Shown one piece after another: positions 20,081 to 33,003 of a stretch of 64,000 nt of DNA. How positions within the stretch are numbered: position 1 is the first letter of the stretch; every line of letters starts with the position of its first letter. The notes beneath the pieces were generated by a model. The model made no database searches. It worked only from the letters and a program-made list of their open reading frames with translations, and was not told the origin of the DNA. The DNA is from an uncultured Nitrospinaceae bacterium (GTDB lineage: Bacteria > UBA8248), in the NCBI GenBank assembly GCA_964005815.1, contig CAXFSR010000017.1, positions 1 through 64,000 of the forward strand, given 5' to 3'. Made by a program: the position numbers and the translations under genes.

Positions 20081-20938
20081 TTAAGACGAAACAATATGCT
20101 TAGGATATGAGCCTAAAATTCGAAAAAAACTCACTTCATTTTTCAATTCACTAATTGTTTCTCCAAAAATTTCATCTTCAGCATGACCTTCAACATCAAC
20201 AAAAAAAACGTAATCCCATGCTTGTCTTTTTGATGGTCTAGATTCAATTTTAGTCAAATTCAAATTCCTTTCAGCAATAGGCTTAAGGAATCTATACAAA
20301 GCTCCCGGTTGGTTTTTCAAAACAAACAACAAACTAGTCTTAGACTCACTCTCTTTTTCATTTTCTTTTTTCCCAATAACAAAAAAACGAGTTGAATTGC
20401 TTTCTGAAGTATCTAATTTTTCAACAATTATATTTAAACCATAAACATCTGCTGCAATAGGACTACTAAGTGCAGCAAGACTCGAATCCTCAGAACAATA
20501 TTTTGCAGCAAGAGAGGTGCTACTTACTTCTTCAAAGTCTATTTCAGGTGCGTTTTCATGAAACCAATCCCTACACTGTGCAATAGCATGAGGATGACTC
20601 AAAACCTTTTTGATATTTTCCAGACTATTTGCCTTAGACAATAAATGAATATCGATTGGAAGATAAATTTCACCCGTAACTAGAACTGAAGATTCAATAA
20701 GCAAATCTAAAGTTATATTAACAGTACCTTCTAGGGCATTCTCAATTGGAACAATACCATATAAAGATTCTTCATTTTCTACACTCTTGAAAACAGATAA
20801 AATATCGTCCTCTGGTTTAAATACAGCAGCTTTGTCAATAGAGAAAAAACGCAAGGCAGCCTCATGAGTAAAAGTTGCCTCAGGACCTAGATAACTCACA
20901 TTAAATGAATCCTCATAGTCTTCAATTGTATTTTTCAA
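20081..20938 (-). CDS. pheA: Prephenate dehydratase (PDT + ACT, no chorismate mutase domain)
   Basis: YLGPEATFT, VPIEN, SHPHAIAQC, TRF and KIESRP. Confidence 0.93.
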   Translation of the reverse strand: MKNTIEDYEDSFNVSYLGPEATFTHEAALRFFSIDKAAVFKPEDDILSVFKSVENEESLYGIVPIENALEGTVNITLDLLIESSVLVTGEIYLPIDIHLLSKANSLENIKKVLSHPHAIAQCRDWFHENAPEIDFEEVSSTSLAAKYCSEDSSLAALSSPIAADVYGLNIIVEKLDTSESNSTRFFVIGKKENEKESESKTSLLFVLKNQPGALYRFLKPIAERNLNLTKIESRPSKRQAWDYVFFVDVEGHAEDEIFGETISELKNEVSFFRILGSYPKHIVSS

Positions 20939-20959
20939 AACAAATCCTTTTTTGAAAAA

Positions 20960-21790
20960 TTACTCTCCACGTAGTTCCTTAATAAGATTCTTTGGAGAAG
21001 ACGATTTCATAAGAGATTCTCCAACGAGAATTGCATCAATTCCTGCTTCTACAAGAGGCTCTACATCTAACCAACTGTTAATACCACTCTCAGAAACGAG
21101 AACAAGATTTTTCTTTTCAGACGCGGAAAGATTAGAAAAAATATTCAAAGTATTTCTTGTATCAACTTTGAAAGTTTTTAAGTCCCTATTGTTAACACCT
21201 ATTATCTTTGAGTCAGCTTCTAAAGCCCTTTCTAAATCTTTCTCCGTATAAACTTCAACAAGAGCATCCATACCATATTCTGTTGCTAATAACCGCAAGT
21301 CAGCAAGAAGATTAGTTTCTAAAATTGTTGCAATCAATAAAATAGCATCTGCACCCGATGCACGAGCCTCAAAAATCTGATAGGGATCGAAAATAAATTC
21401 CTTCCTCATTACTGGAATTTTCACACTTGCAGCAACCTCAGAAAGATCAGAAAGACTGCCTAGAAATTTTCTCTTTTCTGTAAGAACTGAAACTGCAGAG
21501 GCTCCTGATTCTTCATATGTAGTGGCTATGTTAGATGGTGAAAATTCATTTACGAGAAGTCCCTTAGAAGGTGATGCCTTCTTCACCTCTGCTATTACAT
21601 TTATGCAACTACTTTTGCGAGCTATTCTTGTTGAATTTAATTTTAATGCATCAATCATACTAACAGTAGGTGGAATATCGTTTAATGATTTACGAAGATC
21701 ACTTTCATTTATTTCAGATTTACTTAAAGACAGATCATCTTTAACGCCATCTACAAGTTCATCGAGAATTGTTTTTGTCGAAAGTATCAC
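20960..21790 (-). CDS. trpC: Indole-3-glycerol phosphate synthase
   Basis: IAEVKKASPSKG, SVLTE, GVNNRDL and VSESGI. Confidence 0.97.
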   Translation of the reverse strand: MILSTKTILDELVDGVKDDLSLSKSEINESDLRKSLNDIPPTVSMIDALKLNSTRIARKSSCINVIAEVKKASPSKGLLVNEFSPSNIATTYEESGASAVSVLTEKRKFLGSLSDLSEVAASVKIPVMRKEFIFDPYQIFEARASGADAILLIATILETNLLADLRLLATEYGMDALVEVYTEKDLERALEADSKIIGVNNRDLKTFKVDTRNTLNIFSNLSASEKKNLVLVSESGINSWLDVEPLVEAGIDAILVGESLMKSSSPKNLIKELRGE

Positions 21791-22797
21791 GAATTAGTTA
21801 CCTCAATCAGTTGATCTAATTTCTCAATCGCTTTTCCATTATCTATCACTTCGGCCGCAAGTTTAACTCCGTCTAAAAGATTGTCAACCTGGCCAGAAAC
21901 CAAGAGAGCCGCAGAAACATTCATTAGCACAACGTTCCTCTTCGCCCCTTTTTCTCCGTTTAGAATCTTTCTGGTTATTTCTGCATTTTCCTTCGGTTCA
22001 CCGCCCAGCAATTCTTTACTTTCTACTTTTTGGAATCCAAAATCCTCAGGACTTATATTGTAAGTTTTCACTTCCTCTCCATTCCATTCTGAAACCTTTG
22101 TTGAAGAACAAAGAGTAATCTCATCCATTCCATCCAAACCGTGTACGACGAAAGCTCTCTTACAACCCAGCTTTGACAAAACATTAGCTATTAATTCAGT
22201 TAGCATTTCAGAATAAACACCGACAAGAAGCGTATTTGCATTTGCGGGATTTGTAAGAGGACCCATAACATTAAAAATACTTCTCATTGAAAGTTCTCTT
22301 CTAGGCCCAATTGCATGTTTCATTGCACCATGCAAAAGTGGAGCGAAAAGAAATGCTACTCCAACTTCATCTAGACATGCTCCTACTTTATCAGGAGTAA
22401 TCTCAATATTTACTCCAAGTTCTTTCAGTACATCTGCAGCTCCAGAACTACTAGAAACAGAACGATTCCCGTGTTTTGCGACTGGCTGCCCTGTGGCAGA
22501 TACAACTAAAGCAGATGTTGTACTAATATTAAAAGTATGAGAACCATCACCACCAGTACCAACAACATCGACTATATTCGAATGTCTGCTCTTTATTTTA
22601 GTAGACTTACTTCTCATTGAACGAACACTACCAGTTATTTCATCTGGAGATTCTCCAAGCATTCTCAATGCCACAAGATATCCACCAATTTGTGCCTCAG
22701 TAGCGTCACCATTCATAATTTGATCCATTACTTTTTCAGCTTCATCAGAAGTCAAATGTATATTTTCCACTAGTTTTCCAATCGCTTTTTCAATCAT
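21787..22797 (-). CDS. trpD: Anthranilate phosphoribosyltransferase
   Basis: GTGGDG, NISTT and KHGNRSVSS. Confidence 0.97.
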   Translation of the reverse strand: MIEKAIGKLVENIHLTSDEAEKVMDQIMNGDATEAQIGGYLVALRMLGESPDEITGSVRSMRSKSTKIKSRHSNIVDVVGTGGDGSHTFNISTTSALVVSATGQPVAKHGNRSVSSSSGAADVLKELGVNIEITPDKVGACLDEVGVAFLFAPLLHGAMKHAIGPRRELSMRSIFNVMGPLTNPANANTLLVGVYSEMLTELIANVLSKLGCKRAFVVHGLDGMDEITLCSSTKVSEWNGEEVKTYNISPEDFGFQKVESKELLGGEPKENAEITRKILNGEKGAKRNVVLMNVSAALLVSGQVDNLLDGVKLAAEVIDNGKAIEKLDQLIEVTNS

Positions 22798-22837
22798 AAG
22801 AACTTCCCTTCAAAAAATATGGTTGACAAGAAAACTC

Positions 22838-23416
22838 TCAATCACTACTCAATTCTATTGCATTTTTAAGGAGAAGTTTTCCATCCACAGACAAAATAGA
22901 TTCTGGATGAAATTGTACTCCAAAGACTAAAGTATCTTTAACATGAATCCCCATAATTTCATCTCTATCTGTCTTTGCACATACAGAAATTTTTTCAGGC
23001 AAACTTTTATTCTCAATTATAAGACTGTGATAACGGGTTGCAGTTACAGGATTCGAAACTCCCTTGAATAGATCTTTGTCATTATGAAAAACTTCAGATG
23101 TTTTTCCGTGCATTATTCGTTCTGCACGAACCACTCTAGCACCAAACACTGCGCCTATAACCTGATGTCCAAGACAAACCCCAAGAATAGGGAACTTCTC
23201 ACAAAAGGTTTCCACTACTTTCATAGAGAGACCTGCTTTCTCAGGCCTGCTTGGCCCAGGAGAAATTACAATCAAGTCAGGATTAAAATCTTCTATATCA
23301 TTGAGTTCGAAAGAGTCATTTCTCCAAACATCCACAGTCGAACCTAGCTCAGAAAAATACTGAAAGAGATTATAAGTAAATGAGTCATAGTTATCTATCA
23401 TTAAAATTTTTGACAC
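22838..23416 (-). CDS. trpG: Anthranilate synthase component II
   Basis: IDNYDSFTYNL, SPGP, GVCLGHQ and QFHPES. Confidence 0.95.
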   Translation of the reverse strand: MSKILMIDNYDSFTYNLFQYFSELGSTVDVWRNDSFELNDIEDFNPDLIVISPGPSRPEKAGLSMKVVETFCEKFPILGVCLGHQVIGAVFGARVVRAERIMHGKTSEVFHNDKDLFKGVSNPVTATRYHSLIIENKSLPEKISVCAKTDRDEIMGIHVKDTLVFGVQFHPESILSVDGKLLLKNAIELSSD

Positions 23417-24943
23417 TTATTTTCCCTCATTCCTTTCTACTACTATAACATCTCTAGCTACTTGTATTGCTCGCAACATTCCTTTTGCTTTATTAATAGT
23501 CTCCTCAAATTCAAAACTTGGTTTAGAGTCTGAAACTATACCTGCACCTACTTGCAAATATATTTTACCATCCTTTATATAAACAGTTCTTATTGCAATA
23601 CAAGTATCCATATTTCCATCAAAACCAAAGTACCCCACAGCACCTGCATACGGACCTCTCCTAACAGGCTCTATCTCTTCAATAATTTCCATTGCTCTTA
23701 CTTTTGGAGCTCCAGAAACTGTACCTGCAGGAAATGTCGCTCGGATGACGTCAAATGCGTCCTTATCACTAATAAGTTTTCCAGAGACGTTACTAACAAT
23801 ATGCATTACATGACTATAACGTTCGACAATCATCTTTTCCGTAACATTAACAGTTCCAGGAACACAGATTCTTCCAATGTCATTTCTTCCCAGATCAAGT
23901 AACATAATATGTTCAGCAATTTCCTTTTCATCTGCAAGCAGTTCTTTTTCTAATTCAAGATCTTCTCTTTCATTCCTTCCTCTTTTCCTAGTACCCGCAA
24001 TCGGACGCACCTCTACAGTATCGTCCTCGAGTCTAACTAACACCTCAGGAGAAGCTCCAACTAGAATGATCTCATCAAGCGTTAGAAAAAACATATATGG
24101 AGAAGGGTTCACTTTACGTAGTGAACAGTAAAGTGAAAATGGATCAACATGTAATTCCCTCTCAAGTCTTTGTGAAAGAACTACCTGAATAGCCTCACCT
24201 TCATTAATTAACTCAACAATCTTACTAACAGAATTCTCAAAGTGAGTTGAAGTAAAAGAAGATGAAAATTTATCCTCCATTAAGCATTTATCATCTTCTG
24301 ATGAATTACTATCTTCTTTGAAATTAACAACAAATGATCTCTCTTGTGTAAGACGATCAACTAGGCCATCAATGGAATCTGTTGCCTCTTGATAAGGATC
24401 TACACTTCCATGATTCAGGAATGCATTGGAAACAACTTTAAGAGACTTATTCAAATTGTCAAAAATCACCATAGAACGAGTAAGCATAAAGAAAAGATCA
24501 GGTAAATCTAAGTCATCATCTGACAAGTCTGGGAGTGTTTCCACAAAACGTATTGCATCATAAGAAATATATCCTACTGCACCGCCACAAAAACGTGGGA
24601 GGCCTTCCACTCTAACAGGATTGTAATTCGACATGAAGTTTTGCATGAATTCAAATGGATCTGAAACTTCTAAAATCTCTCTCTGATCGCCACGAATTAC
24701 TTGCATCTCAGTATTTTTACTTCTTAGGATAATAAAAGGATCATTGCCAAAAAAAGAATATCTAGCCCACTTTTCTCCTCCCTCAACACTTTCAAATAAA
24801 AAGGAATATTTTTTTTCTCTAATTTTCAAATAGGCTGACACAGGATCCCCAGAAAGCGCAGGAATCTCTTTAAATATAGGCACAACATCTCCCATTTCTG
24901 ACAATTTGCCAAAATCATCTAGACTAGGAAAATATTCTTGCAT
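23417..24943 (-). CDS. trpE: Anthranilate synthase component I
   Basis: [19 protein letters not shown] and GTVSGAPK; start moved to ATG 24943. Confidence 0.96.
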   Translation of the reverse strand: MQEYFPSLDDFGKLSEMGDVVPIFKEIPALSGDPVSAYLKIREKKYSFLFESVEGGEKWARYSFFGNDPFIILRSKNTEMQVIRGDQREILEVSDPFEFMQNFMSNYNPVRVEGLPRFCGGAVGYISYDAIRFVETLPDLSDDDLDLPDLFFMLTRSMVIFDNLNKSLKVVSNAFLNHGSVDPYQEATDSIDGLVDRLTQERSFVVNFKEDSNSSEDDKCLMEDKFSSSFTSTHFENSVSKIVELINEGEAIQVVLSQRLERELHVDPFSLYCSLRKVNPSPYMFFLTLDEIILVGASPEVLVRLEDDTVEVRPIAGTRKRGRNEREDLELEKELLADEKEIAEHIMLLDLGRNDIGRICVPGTVNVTEKMIVERYSHVMHIVSNVSGKLISDKDAFDVIRATFPAGTVSGAPKVRAMEIIEEIEPVRRGPYAGAVGYFGFDGNMDTCIAIRTVYIKDGKIYLQVGAGIVSDSKPSFEFEETINKAKGMLRAIQVARDVIVVERNEGK

Positions 24944-25053
24944 TTGGAGAAACTCCGAGTTAAAAAGCAAAACAAAGAACATAGAGTCAAGAAACGAAGA
25001 TAACTAATTGGAACAGAGACAGTCAACTCATTTCAATTCCAATTTTGTGTTCA

Positions 25054-25815
25054 TTACTCGAAAATATCCTTGCCGTAATCGACATCAACCAAAAAGAGTC
25101 CATGGGATGGTGCGGTTGGTCCTGCTAATCTTCTATCTCTTGATTCAATTAAAACGGGCAAGTTATCAGGGCAGCGTTCGCCTCTTCCAACTTCAACTAA
25201 TGTCCCTACAATATTCCTAACCATATGTCTCAAAAATCCGTCTGCAGTAATACGTAAAATTATTTCATCAAAATTTTCTTCAATATTCAAAGAAACTAAC
25301 GTCCTTACGTTACATGGGGTGAGACTTTTCTTTCGACAAAAGCTCGTAAAATCATTTTTTCCAACAAGATAAGAAGAAGCTTCTCTCATTAATTTAATAT
25401 TCAGATTACTTCTAATATGCCAAGCGCGTAATTGACGCAGAGCACTTTCTGAACAACGATTTAGAATCCTATATTCATATGTTTTGCTTTTTGTGTCATG
25501 TTGGGCGTGAAAATCATCTTTGACTTCAACACATTTTATTACGACAATATCTCTATCTATTAAAGAATTAAGAGCTAAACGCATCTTATTGGGTGAAAGA
25601 TCTATTTCGGTATCAAAATGGGCAACTTGTGCTATAGCATGAACTCCTGAATCGGTTCTTCCTGAACCAACAATCCTTGTTAATTTCCCTGAAATTTTCT
25701 CAAGAGCAGTTTCTATCTCAGACTGAACGGTTCTTTGATTTGGTTGAGCCTGCCAACCCATAAAATTAGTGCCATCATATTCAATTTTTATAGCAAATCT
25801 TTTTTTAGTAGACAT
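25054..25815 (-). CDS. truA: tRNA pseudouridine(38-40) synthase
   Basis: YDGTNFMGWQ, GRTDSGVHA and FLRHMVR; start moved to ATG 25815 to avoid overlap with uvrA. Confidence 0.96.
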   Translation of the reverse strand: MSTKKRFAIKIEYDGTNFMGWQAQPNQRTVQSEIETALEKISGKLTRIVGSGRTDSGVHAIAQVAHFDTEIDLSPNKMRLALNSLIDRDIVVIKCVEVKDDFHAQHDTKSKTYEYRILNRCSESALRQLRAWHIRSNLNIKLMREASSYLVGKNDFTSFCRKKSLTPCNVRTLVSLNIEENFDEIILRITADGFLRHMVRNIVGTLVEVGRGERCPDNLPVLIESRDRRLAGPTAPSHGLFLVDVDYGKDIFE

Positions 25816-25837
25816 ATTCAAATTATAATGTTCTGCA

Positions 25838-28648
25838 TTAAAGTTTAGCGCGTAACAAAATACCTGTAGATGAATTATCAATAAGAGAAATATCCTGAGG
25901 TGAACCTTCTCCAACTATATAACCACCTTCTTCACCACCCTCAGGACCTAGATCAATAACATAATCTGAAAATCGTATTACATCCATATTATGTTCAATA
26001 ATTACAACTGTGTTACCTTGATCAACTAATAATCGCAAGACTCCTAAGAGTTTTTCAACATCAGAAAAATGAAGCCCTGTCGTAGGTTCATCTAAAATGT
26101 AAAGAGTTTTGCCTGTACCCTTCTTAGACAACTCTTTTGCCAGCTTAATTCTTTGTGCCTCCCCACCACTAAGTGTAGTAGCTGATTGACCAAGTCTAAT
26201 ATACCCCAAACCCACATCTAGCAAAGTAGACAATTTATCCCTAATTAATCTTATATTTTCAAAAACATCATGTGCTTCTCGAACGGTCATATTAAGAACA
26301 TCAGAAATCGAGACCCCTTTATAACGAATTTGTAAAGTTTCCTGATTAAATCTTCTACCCAAACAATCAGTACACTTAATATATACATCAGGAAGAAAAT
26401 GCATCTCAACTTTCAAAAAACCTCCTCCTTCACATGCTTCGCATCTTCCACCTTTAACGTTGAAACTAAATCTACCACTCTGATATCCACGACTTTGAGA
26501 ATCTATAGTCCTTGAAAATATTTCTCTTATTGGAGTAAAAATTCCTGTATAAGTAGCAGGATTACTTCTCGGAGTTCTACCAATTGCAGATTGATCTATA
26601 TTTACGACTTTATCAATATTTTCAATACCTTCTATTCTTTCGAATTTACCAGGCACCATGCTTGAGTTGTAAAATTCCTTAGACAAGGATCGAAAAAGAA
26701 TATTGTCAACCAGTGTGCTTTTACCACTACCACTAACCCCAGTAACACAATTCAGGAAGCCCAAAGGGAAAGAAACGTCTATTTTTTTAAGATTGTTCTC
26801 AGCCGCACCTATAATCTTTAAACAACGTTCTATTTTAGGATTTTTAGATTCAGAAATCGGAATGCTTAATCTTCCAGAAAGATACTTTCCTGTAACAGTA
26901 TTAGAATTTGCTATTTCCTTAGGATTCCCTTCGGAAACTACATAGCCTCCTTTTTCTCCTGCACCTGGTCCCATATCTACTATATAATCTGCATTCTCTA
27001 TCGTATCTCTATCATGTTCCACAACTATAATAGAATTCCCCATATCTCTTAATTTAAAGAGAGTAGACAAAAGACGATGATTATCTCTTGGATGTAATCC
27101 AATACTGGGTTCATCCAAAACATAAAGAACCCCAGACAAATTCACCCCAACCTGACTTGCTAGTCTAATCCTTTGACCTTCCCCTCCAGATAGTGTTCTT
27201 GTAGAACGATCTAAAGTAAGATACCCAAGTCCTACAGAATCAATGAATCCTAATCTGCCCTCAATTTCTTTGATTATACGACCTGTTACAAAATCGTCCT
27301 TTACCTTCTTTGGGAGTGATTTAAAAAAACCCTTTAGTTTCGAAATAGGAAGTTTAACCATATCTTGTATAGTTTGCCCTTCAAAAGTTACAGCTAAACT
27401 TTCTCTTTTCAATCTACCTCCAGAACATGATTCGCATAAAAAAACACTCATATACTTCTCTAAGCCAGAACGAGTTTTTTCACTATTAGTCTTTTCATAG
27501 GAAAGTAATAGTTCCTCAAAAATTCCAAGAAATCTTCTTTGCCTTCGAATAGTTCTTGTAGGAGTTTTATGAGTAACTTTAAATTTTTCTCCTTTAATTC
27601 CATAAAATAAGAGATTTTTTTTCTTCTGAGTAAGATTGTTAAATGGAATATCTCTTTCTATCGATTGTTTTTCTATAAAAGCGTCTAAGGAGGAAGAAAG
27701 TAGATTATTTCTCTCAGCGAAAGGAAAAATAGCTCCATCATTTATTGTCTTACTTAAATCCGGAACAATTTTTTGAGGATCCATTTTAAATTCTGTTCCT
27801 AATCCCTTACAATTTTTACATGCTCCTTGTGGACTATTAAACGAAAACATACGAGGTTCCATTTCTGGAATAGTGATTCCGCATTCAGAACAGCCAAAAA
27901 ATTCACTTAGCAAAAACTCCTTATCCATATCGACTAAAAACAAAATCAGACCTTTGGAAAGCGAACATGCCGTCTCAATAGAAGAAAACAATCTCGATTC
28001 TGAACCTTTTCTAATTACGATTCTATCCACCACAACTTCAATATCGTGATTCTGATTTCTGTTTAGTCGGATCTCATCAGAAAGTTCATAAAAATCGCCA
28101 TCTACTCTTACTTGTGTAAAACCTTTTTTCTCTAATTCATCAAATTCTTTTTGATAAATTCCCTTTCTCCCTCTAACAATAGGAGATAGTATTAAAAGAC
28201 TTGACCCTGACTTAAAGTCCATAGCTCTTTCAACCATTTTCTCTATGCTCATAGCATTTAATGATCGATCACAACTTGGACAATGAGGAACTCCTGTTTT
28301 CGCGTAAAGTAATCTTAAATGATCATAAATACCTGTAACGGTTCCTACAGTGGAACGAGGATTCTTACTAACTGTTTTTTGATCTATAGAAATAGTTGGA
28401 GATAAACCCTCTATTAAATCTACGTCTGGTCTATCTAATTGATCAATAAATTGTCTGGCGTAAGCAGAAAGGGATTCAATATAACGACGTTGTCCTTCAG
28501 CATAAATTGTATCAAAAGCCAAACTGCTCTTTCCTGAACCGCTTAACCCTGTAAAAACAACAAGTTTATCTCTGGGTATCTCAACGTCAAGATCTTTGAG
28601 ATTATGTTCTCTAGCACCTCGAACAAGAATCTTCTTTTCAAACAACAT
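25838..28648 (-). CDS. uvrA: Excinuclease ABC subunit A
   Basis: Two ABC ATPase modules ([23 protein letters not shown]) and zinc fingers. Confidence 0.99.
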   Translation of the reverse strand: MLFEKKILVRGAREHNLKDLDVEIPRDKLVVFTGLSGSGKSSLAFDTIYAEGQRRYIESLSAYARQFIDQLDRPDVDLIEGLSPTISIDQKTVSKNPRSTVGTVTGIYDHLRLLYAKTGVPHCPSCDRSLNAMSIEKMVERAMDFKSGSSLLILSPIVRGRKGIYQKEFDELEKKGFTQVRVDGDFYELSDEIRLNRNQNHDIEVVVDRIVIRKGSESRLFSSIETACSLSKGLILFLVDMDKEFLLSEFFGCSECGITIPEMEPRMFSFNSPQGACKNCKGLGTEFKMDPQKIVPDLSKTINDGAIFPFAERNNLLSSSLDAFIEKQSIERDIPFNNLTQKKKNLLFYGIKGEKFKVTHKTPTRTIRRQRRFLGIFEELLLSYEKTNSEKTRSGLEKYMSVFLCESCSGGRLKRESLAVTFEGQTIQDMVKLPISKLKGFFKSLPKKVKDDFVTGRIIKEIEGRLGFIDSVGLGYLTLDRSTRTLSGGEGQRIRLASQVGVNLSGVLYVLDEPSIGLHPRDNHRLLSTLFKLRDMGNSIIVVEHDRDTIENADYIVDMGPGAGEKGGYVVSEGNPKEIANSNTVTGKYLSGRLSIPISESKNPKIERCLKIIGAAENNLKKIDVSFPLGFLNCVTGVSGSGKSTLVDNILFRSLSKEFYNSSMVPGKFERIEGIENIDKVVNIDQSAIGRTPRSNPATYTGIFTPIREIFSRTIDSQSRGYQSGRFSFNVKGGRCEACEGGGFLKVEMHFLPDVYIKCTDCLGRRFNQETLQIRYKGVSISDVLNMTVREAHDVFENIRLIRDKLSTLLDVGLGYIRLGQSATTLSGGEAQRIKLAKELSKKGTGKTLYILDEPTTGLHFSDVEKLLGVLRLLVDQGNTVVIIEHNMDVIRFSDYVIDLGPEGGEEGGYIVGEGSPQDISLIDNSSTGILLRAKL

Positions 28649-28716
28649 TAGAAACTCTCAGAAAAACCAGGAAAAACAAATTGAAGCAGGAGTTGATACT
28701 ATAGAGAATATTCAAA

Positions 28717-29505
28717 TCAATACCAAATCAAACCACCCGTAAGATTAATATCCTGTCCTGTCATACGAACCGCATCTTCAGAGGCCAGAAAAACACAAAG
28801 TGCTGCATGATCTTCTGGAGTCACTAAAGTCTTCAGCGCTGAAGGATCAGTAAATGTCTTTTTTGCTTCATCAAATGTTATCTGGAAACTTTCAGACATA
28901 TTTTGAATAACACTATCAATGCGAGGCCCAGCAGTAGCACCCGGACATATAGAATTAACTGTTATTCCATACTCCCCTAGCTCGAATGCAAGGGTTCTTG
29001 TAAATCCTATAACGGCAGTTTTTGAAGAAGTATATGGAGTCCTGTTAGGAAGTGGGCGTTTTCCACTCATAGAACTAACATTAATTATACGACCGTAGCG
29101 TTTTTGTTTCATAAGAGGAATGACATACTTTGACACTAAAAACATTCCAGTCATATTTACAGAAAAACACTCTTCCCATTCCTCTAGTGTAATATCTTCG
29201 CAAGGTTTTGTAGGACCAGCAACCCCTGAATTATTAACAAGAATATCGACAGAACCCATCTCTTTTTTAACAGTTTCTACTAAATTTTTTACTGAATCTT
29301 CATCACTAACATCGGTTTGCACAATTAATGAATCAGAATTAAGTTCGGAAGCTGTAATTTTAAGATTTTCTAAATTTCTAGAGGCTAAAACAACCCTTGC
29401 CCCATTTTTACATAAAGCACTTGCTATAGATTTTCCAATACCTTGTCCAGCACCAGTAACAATAGCAGTATTTCCATCTAATTTTTTCAAAAACAATCCT
29501 CTCAA
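28717..29505 (-). CDS. Short-chain dehydrogenase/reductase
   Basis: [12 protein letters not shown] and YTSSK. Confidence 0.92.
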   Translation of the reverse strand: MRGLFLKKLDGNTAIVTGAGQGIGKSIASALCKNGARVVLASRNLENLKITASELNSDSLIVQTDVSDEDSVKNLVETVKKEMGSVDILVNNSGVAGPTKPCEDITLEEWEECFSVNMTGMFLVSKYVIPLMKQKRYGRIINVSSMSGKRPLPNRTPYTSSKTAVIGFTRTLAFELGEYGITVNSICPGATAGPRIDSVIQNMSESFQITFDEAKKTFTDPSALKTLVTPEDHAALCVFLASEDAVRMTGQDINLTGGLIWY

Positions 29506-29517
29506 ATTTTTAGCAAA

Positions 29518-29928
29518 CTAAATCTCAAAACCAGAGAACCAAAATGATATTTCCTCTGAAGCAGTTTCAACTGCATCTGAACCATGTGTAGAATTGCGCT
29601 CTATACTTTCCCCAAATTCCTTTCTTATCGTTCCTGCGTCAGCTTCTTCAGGGTTAGTAGCACCCATTACAGTACGCCAGTGAGAAATTGCATTTTTCCT
29701 TTCAAGAACCATTACTACCGTTTTTCCTGAAGACATGTATGTTGTGAGATCATCATAAAAAGGTCGATCAGAATGGACAGAATAAAATCCCTGTGCCTGT
29801 TTTTTACTCATTTCCACCAATTTCAATCCTGAAATTTTAAATCCTTCCTCTTCAATTCTAGAAAGGATTTTGCCAATTAAATTCCTCTCTACAGCATCTG
29901 GTTTTATCATTGCAAATGTTTTCTGCAT
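29518..29928 (-). CDS. ndk: Nucleoside diphosphate kinase
   Basis: IKPDAV, MGATNP and NSTHGSD. Confidence 0.98.
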   Translation of the reverse strand: MQKTFAMIKPDAVERNLIGKILSRIEEEGFKISGLKLVEMSKKQAQGFYSVHSDRPFYDDLTTYMSSGKTVVMVLERKNAISHWRTVMGATNPEEADAGTIRKEFGESIERNSTHGSDAVETASEEISFWFSGFEI

Positions 29929-29952
29929 TTCGAATCTCCAAAATCTTAAAAA

Positions 29953-30846
29953 TTAAACACCTAAAACTTTAGCCATTGTAAGCCCCATTTCTGCGGGACT
30001 CTCAGTTACATGTATTCCAGATTCAGACATAATTTTCATTTTCTCTTGTGCCGTCCCTTCTCCCCCAGAAATAATTGCACCTGCATGACCCATTCTTCTT
30101 CCAGGAGGAGCAGTCTGTCCAGCTATAAAACCTACCATAGGTTTTGAGATATTTTCTTTGGCCCATAGAGCAGCATCTGGTTCAGCGGTACCTCCTATTT
30201 CTCCGATCATTATTATAGCTTCAGTATCATCATCTTTCTCAAAAAGTTTAAGAAGTTCAATATACATCGTGCCTATTATAGGATCTCCACCTATCCCAAC
30301 ACATGTACTTTGCCCTAACCCTTGTTCAGTAAGTTGAGACACAACTTCGTATGTCAGTGTTCCACTCTTTGAAATAACACCAATAGAACCCTGTTTGTGA
30401 ATATGACCAGGCATAATCCCCATTTTACAACCTCCTGGAGTAATAACACCAGGACAATTAGGTCCAATTAAAATAGTATCTTTGCCATGTAGGTATCTTT
30501 TTACATACATCATATCCTTGACTGGAATTCCTTCAGTAATACAAATAACCAATGGGAGACCAGCGTCAACTGCTTCTAATATTGCATCTGCGGCAAAAGC
30601 TGGTGGCACAAAAATCAAAGATGCATTAGCTCCTGTCTCAGAAACCGCATCACTCACTGTATTAAAAACCGGTGTTTCTTCAAAAATCTCTCCACCTTTA
30701 CCAGGAGTAACTCCGGATACAACATTACCCCCACCTGCAGCAAATTCTTTACTGTAATTCATACACTGTTTTGCGTGGTAACCACCTTCTCGCCCTGTAA
30801 TTCCCTGAACTACGACACGAGTTTCTTTATCAATTAAAATACTCAC
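29953..30846 (-). CDS. sucD: Succinyl-CoA synthetase alpha subunit
   Basis: QGITG, GPNCPG and MGHAGAII. Confidence 0.97.
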   Translation of the reverse strand: MSILIDKETRVVVQGITGREGGYHAKQCMNYSKEFAAGGGNVVSGVTPGKGGEIFEETPVFNTVSDAVSETGANASLIFVPPAFAADAILEAVDAGLPLVICITEGIPVKDMMYVKRYLHGKDTILIGPNCPGVITPGGCKMGIMPGHIHKQGSIGVISKSGTLTYEVVSQLTEQGLGQSTCVGIGGDPIIGTMYIELLKLFEKDDDTEAIIMIGEIGGTAEPDAALWAKENISKPMVGFIAGQTAPPGRRMGHAGAIISGGEGTAQEKMKIMSESGIHVTESPAEMGLTMAKVLGV

Positions 30847-30857
30847 TATTAAACCCC

Positions 30858-32021
30858 TTAATTTTTAAGAGCTTCGACCACTTTTTGAGCAGCATCTGCC
30901 ATTCCATTTCCTACTTTAAAATCAAGTCCTGAAGATTCAAGTATATTTCTACCTTCTTCCACATTAGTACCTTCCATTCTTATAATAACAGGCACATCGA
31001 CATTTACACTTTTAACAGCGTCTACGACGCCTTGCGCAAGTATATCGCAACGCAAAATACCACCAAAAACGTTTATAAAAACTGCTCTAACAGACTCATC
31101 ATCCATAAGAATTCTAAAAGCATTTTCGACCATTTCTCTGCTAGCACCACCACCTACATCCAAGAAATTCGCAGGAGATGATCCAGCTAACTTAATTATA
31201 TCCATCGTAGCCATAGCTAGTCCTGCTCCATTGACCATACAACCTACCTCGCCATCTAATTTGATATAGTTCAAATTAAAAGAAGAAGCTTTAACTTCCA
31301 AAGGATCCTCTTCATCTGTATCTCTCATTTGTTTTACATCTTCATGTCTTGTAAGTGCATTGTCATCAAAATTGACCTTGGCATCTAGAGCCAAAAGACG
31401 ACCATCTTTTGTCTGAACTAACGGATTGATCTCCACCAAAGATGCATCCATTTCTTCATAAAATTTATAGAGATTTGTAATAAAACGTACGCCATCTCTA
31501 ACTAAATCGTCAGGTATATCTAGGCTATATACAATTTTCCTAGCTACGGAAGACCAAATCCCTAATAAAGGGTCTACAGGAATTTTCAAAAGTTTTTCCG
31601 GAAATTTTTCAGCTACTTCCTCTATATCCATTCCACCTTCAGTACTCGCCATTATAGTTGGAAGACCCGAAGATCTATCTAAAACGATTCCAAGATATAA
31701 CTCTCTGGAAATATCACTTGCTTCCTCTACCCAAACCTTTTTAACAAGTCTTCCCTCGGGTCCTGTTTGATGAGTTACAAGATTCATGCCCAAAATTTGG
31801 GAGGCAATTTCTTTTGCCTCAGCGACATTTTCAGCTAACTTCACCCCTCCACCTTTACCGCGACCTCCAGCGTGTATTTGAGCTTTTACAACAACTCTGC
31901 CAGCAAGATCTTTTGCTATCTCGGCTGCTTCATCGGGAGTACTTGCCACTCCACCTTTTGGAACAGAAACACCAAATTTCGCAAGAAGTTCCTTGCCCTG
32001 ATATTCATGTATATTCATCAA
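30858..32021 (-). CDS. sucC: Succinyl-CoA synthetase beta subunit
   Basis: [19 protein letters not shown] and [11 protein letters not shown]. Confidence 0.97.
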   Translation of the reverse strand: MMNIHEYQGKELLAKFGVSVPKGGVASTPDEAAEIAKDLAGRVVVKAQIHAGGRGKGGGVKLAENVAEAKEIASQILGMNLVTHQTGPEGRLVKKVWVEEASDISRELYLGIVLDRSSGLPTIMASTEGGMDIEEVAEKFPEKLLKIPVDPLLGIWSSVARKIVYSLDIPDDLVRDGVRFITNLYKFYEEMDASLVEINPLVQTKDGRLLALDAKVNFDDNALTRHEDVKQMRDTDEEDPLEVKASSFNLNYIKLDGEVGCMVNGAGLAMATMDIIKLAGSSPANFLDVGGGASREMVENAFRILMDDESVRAVFINVFGGILRCDILAQGVVDAVKSVNVDVPVIIRMEGTNVEEGRNILESSGLDFKVGNGMADAAQKVVEALKN

Positions 32022-32053
32022 TCTTCTCCCTTATCAGGGTTAAAAAATAATAA

Positions 32054-32986
32054 CTAGAGCGATGAGGTTAACTCTCGAACATGATCCGCAGATTTTTTAA
32101 ATTGCTCCATCTCATGAGGTTCTAAGTCCAGTTCAATAATTTCTTCTACTCCTCCTGCACCCAACTTTATAGGCACACCCATGAAAATATTTTCCTCACC
32201 GTATTCCCCTTGAAGCAATGCTGCACAAGGAAGAATTCTCTTTTTGTCCTTCAATATTGCTTCTACCATCTCAACAATTGATGCTCCAGGTGCGTAAAAT
32301 GCACTTCCTGTCTTTAAAAATTCGACTATTTCTGCACCTCCATCCCTTGTCCTTTGAACTAGCTCATCAATCCTATTCTGATCCATCAACTTCGTGATTG
32401 GGACACCTGCCACTGTACTATATCTAGGCAGCGGAACCATACTATCTCCATGACCACCTAAAACAAGCGCGTGTACATCTTCAACAGAGACATTTAGCTC
32501 CATAGCTATAAAAGAACGAAAACGCGCACTATCCAAAATGCCAGCCATACCCATTATTCTTTCTCTTGGAAATTTACAGTGCCTATGTGCAACCGTAACC
32601 ATCACATCCAAAGGATTTGAAACTATAATTAAGAAACAATTTGGAGAATGTTCTATAATTGAATCTGTTACCGAACCAACAATATTCGCATTAGTAGAAA
32701 TCAAATCATCTCTACTCATTCCGGGCTTTCTAGCAATACCAGCAGTAACTACGACAACATCAGAATCTTTAGTATCAGCATAATCATTAGTTCCAACTAT
32801 AGCTGAATCAAATCCTTCAACTGGAGAACTTTCAAATAAATCTAGGGCTTTACCTTGAGGAATACCATCTACGATATCTACTAATACAATATCACCCAAT
32901 TCATGGGAAGCAGCCCAATGAGCAGCTGTAGCTCCAACATTTCCAGCACCTACAATTGTTATTTTAGGTCTACCTATTGACATCAC
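32054..32986 (-). CDS. mdh: Malate dehydrogenase (LDH-like)
   Basis: [16 protein letters not shown] and GGHGD. Confidence 0.97.
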   Translation of the reverse strand: MMSIGRPKITIVGAGNVGATAAHWAASHELGDIVLVDIVDGIPQGKALDLFESSPVEGFDSAIVGTNDYADTKDSDVVVVTAGIARKPGMSRDDLISTNANIVGSVTDSIIEHSPNCFLIIVSNPLDVMVTVAHRHCKFPRERIMGMAGILDSARFRSFIAMELNVSVEDVHALVLGGHGDSMVPLPRYSTVAGVPITKLMDQNRIDELVQRTRDGGAEIVEFLKTGSAFYAPGASIVEMVEAILKDKKRILPCAALLQGEYGEENIFMGVPIKLGAGGVEEIIELDLEPHEMEQFKKSADHVRELTSSL

Positions 32987-33003
32987 ATCTCCTTAAAATC
33001 TTT

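Noticed and set aside
24983..25055. Trp attenuator leader upstream of trpE
   Set aside because: The only mini-ORF (MNTKLELK) has no Trp codons; the AATTGGAA/TTCCAATT inverted repeat has no U-tract
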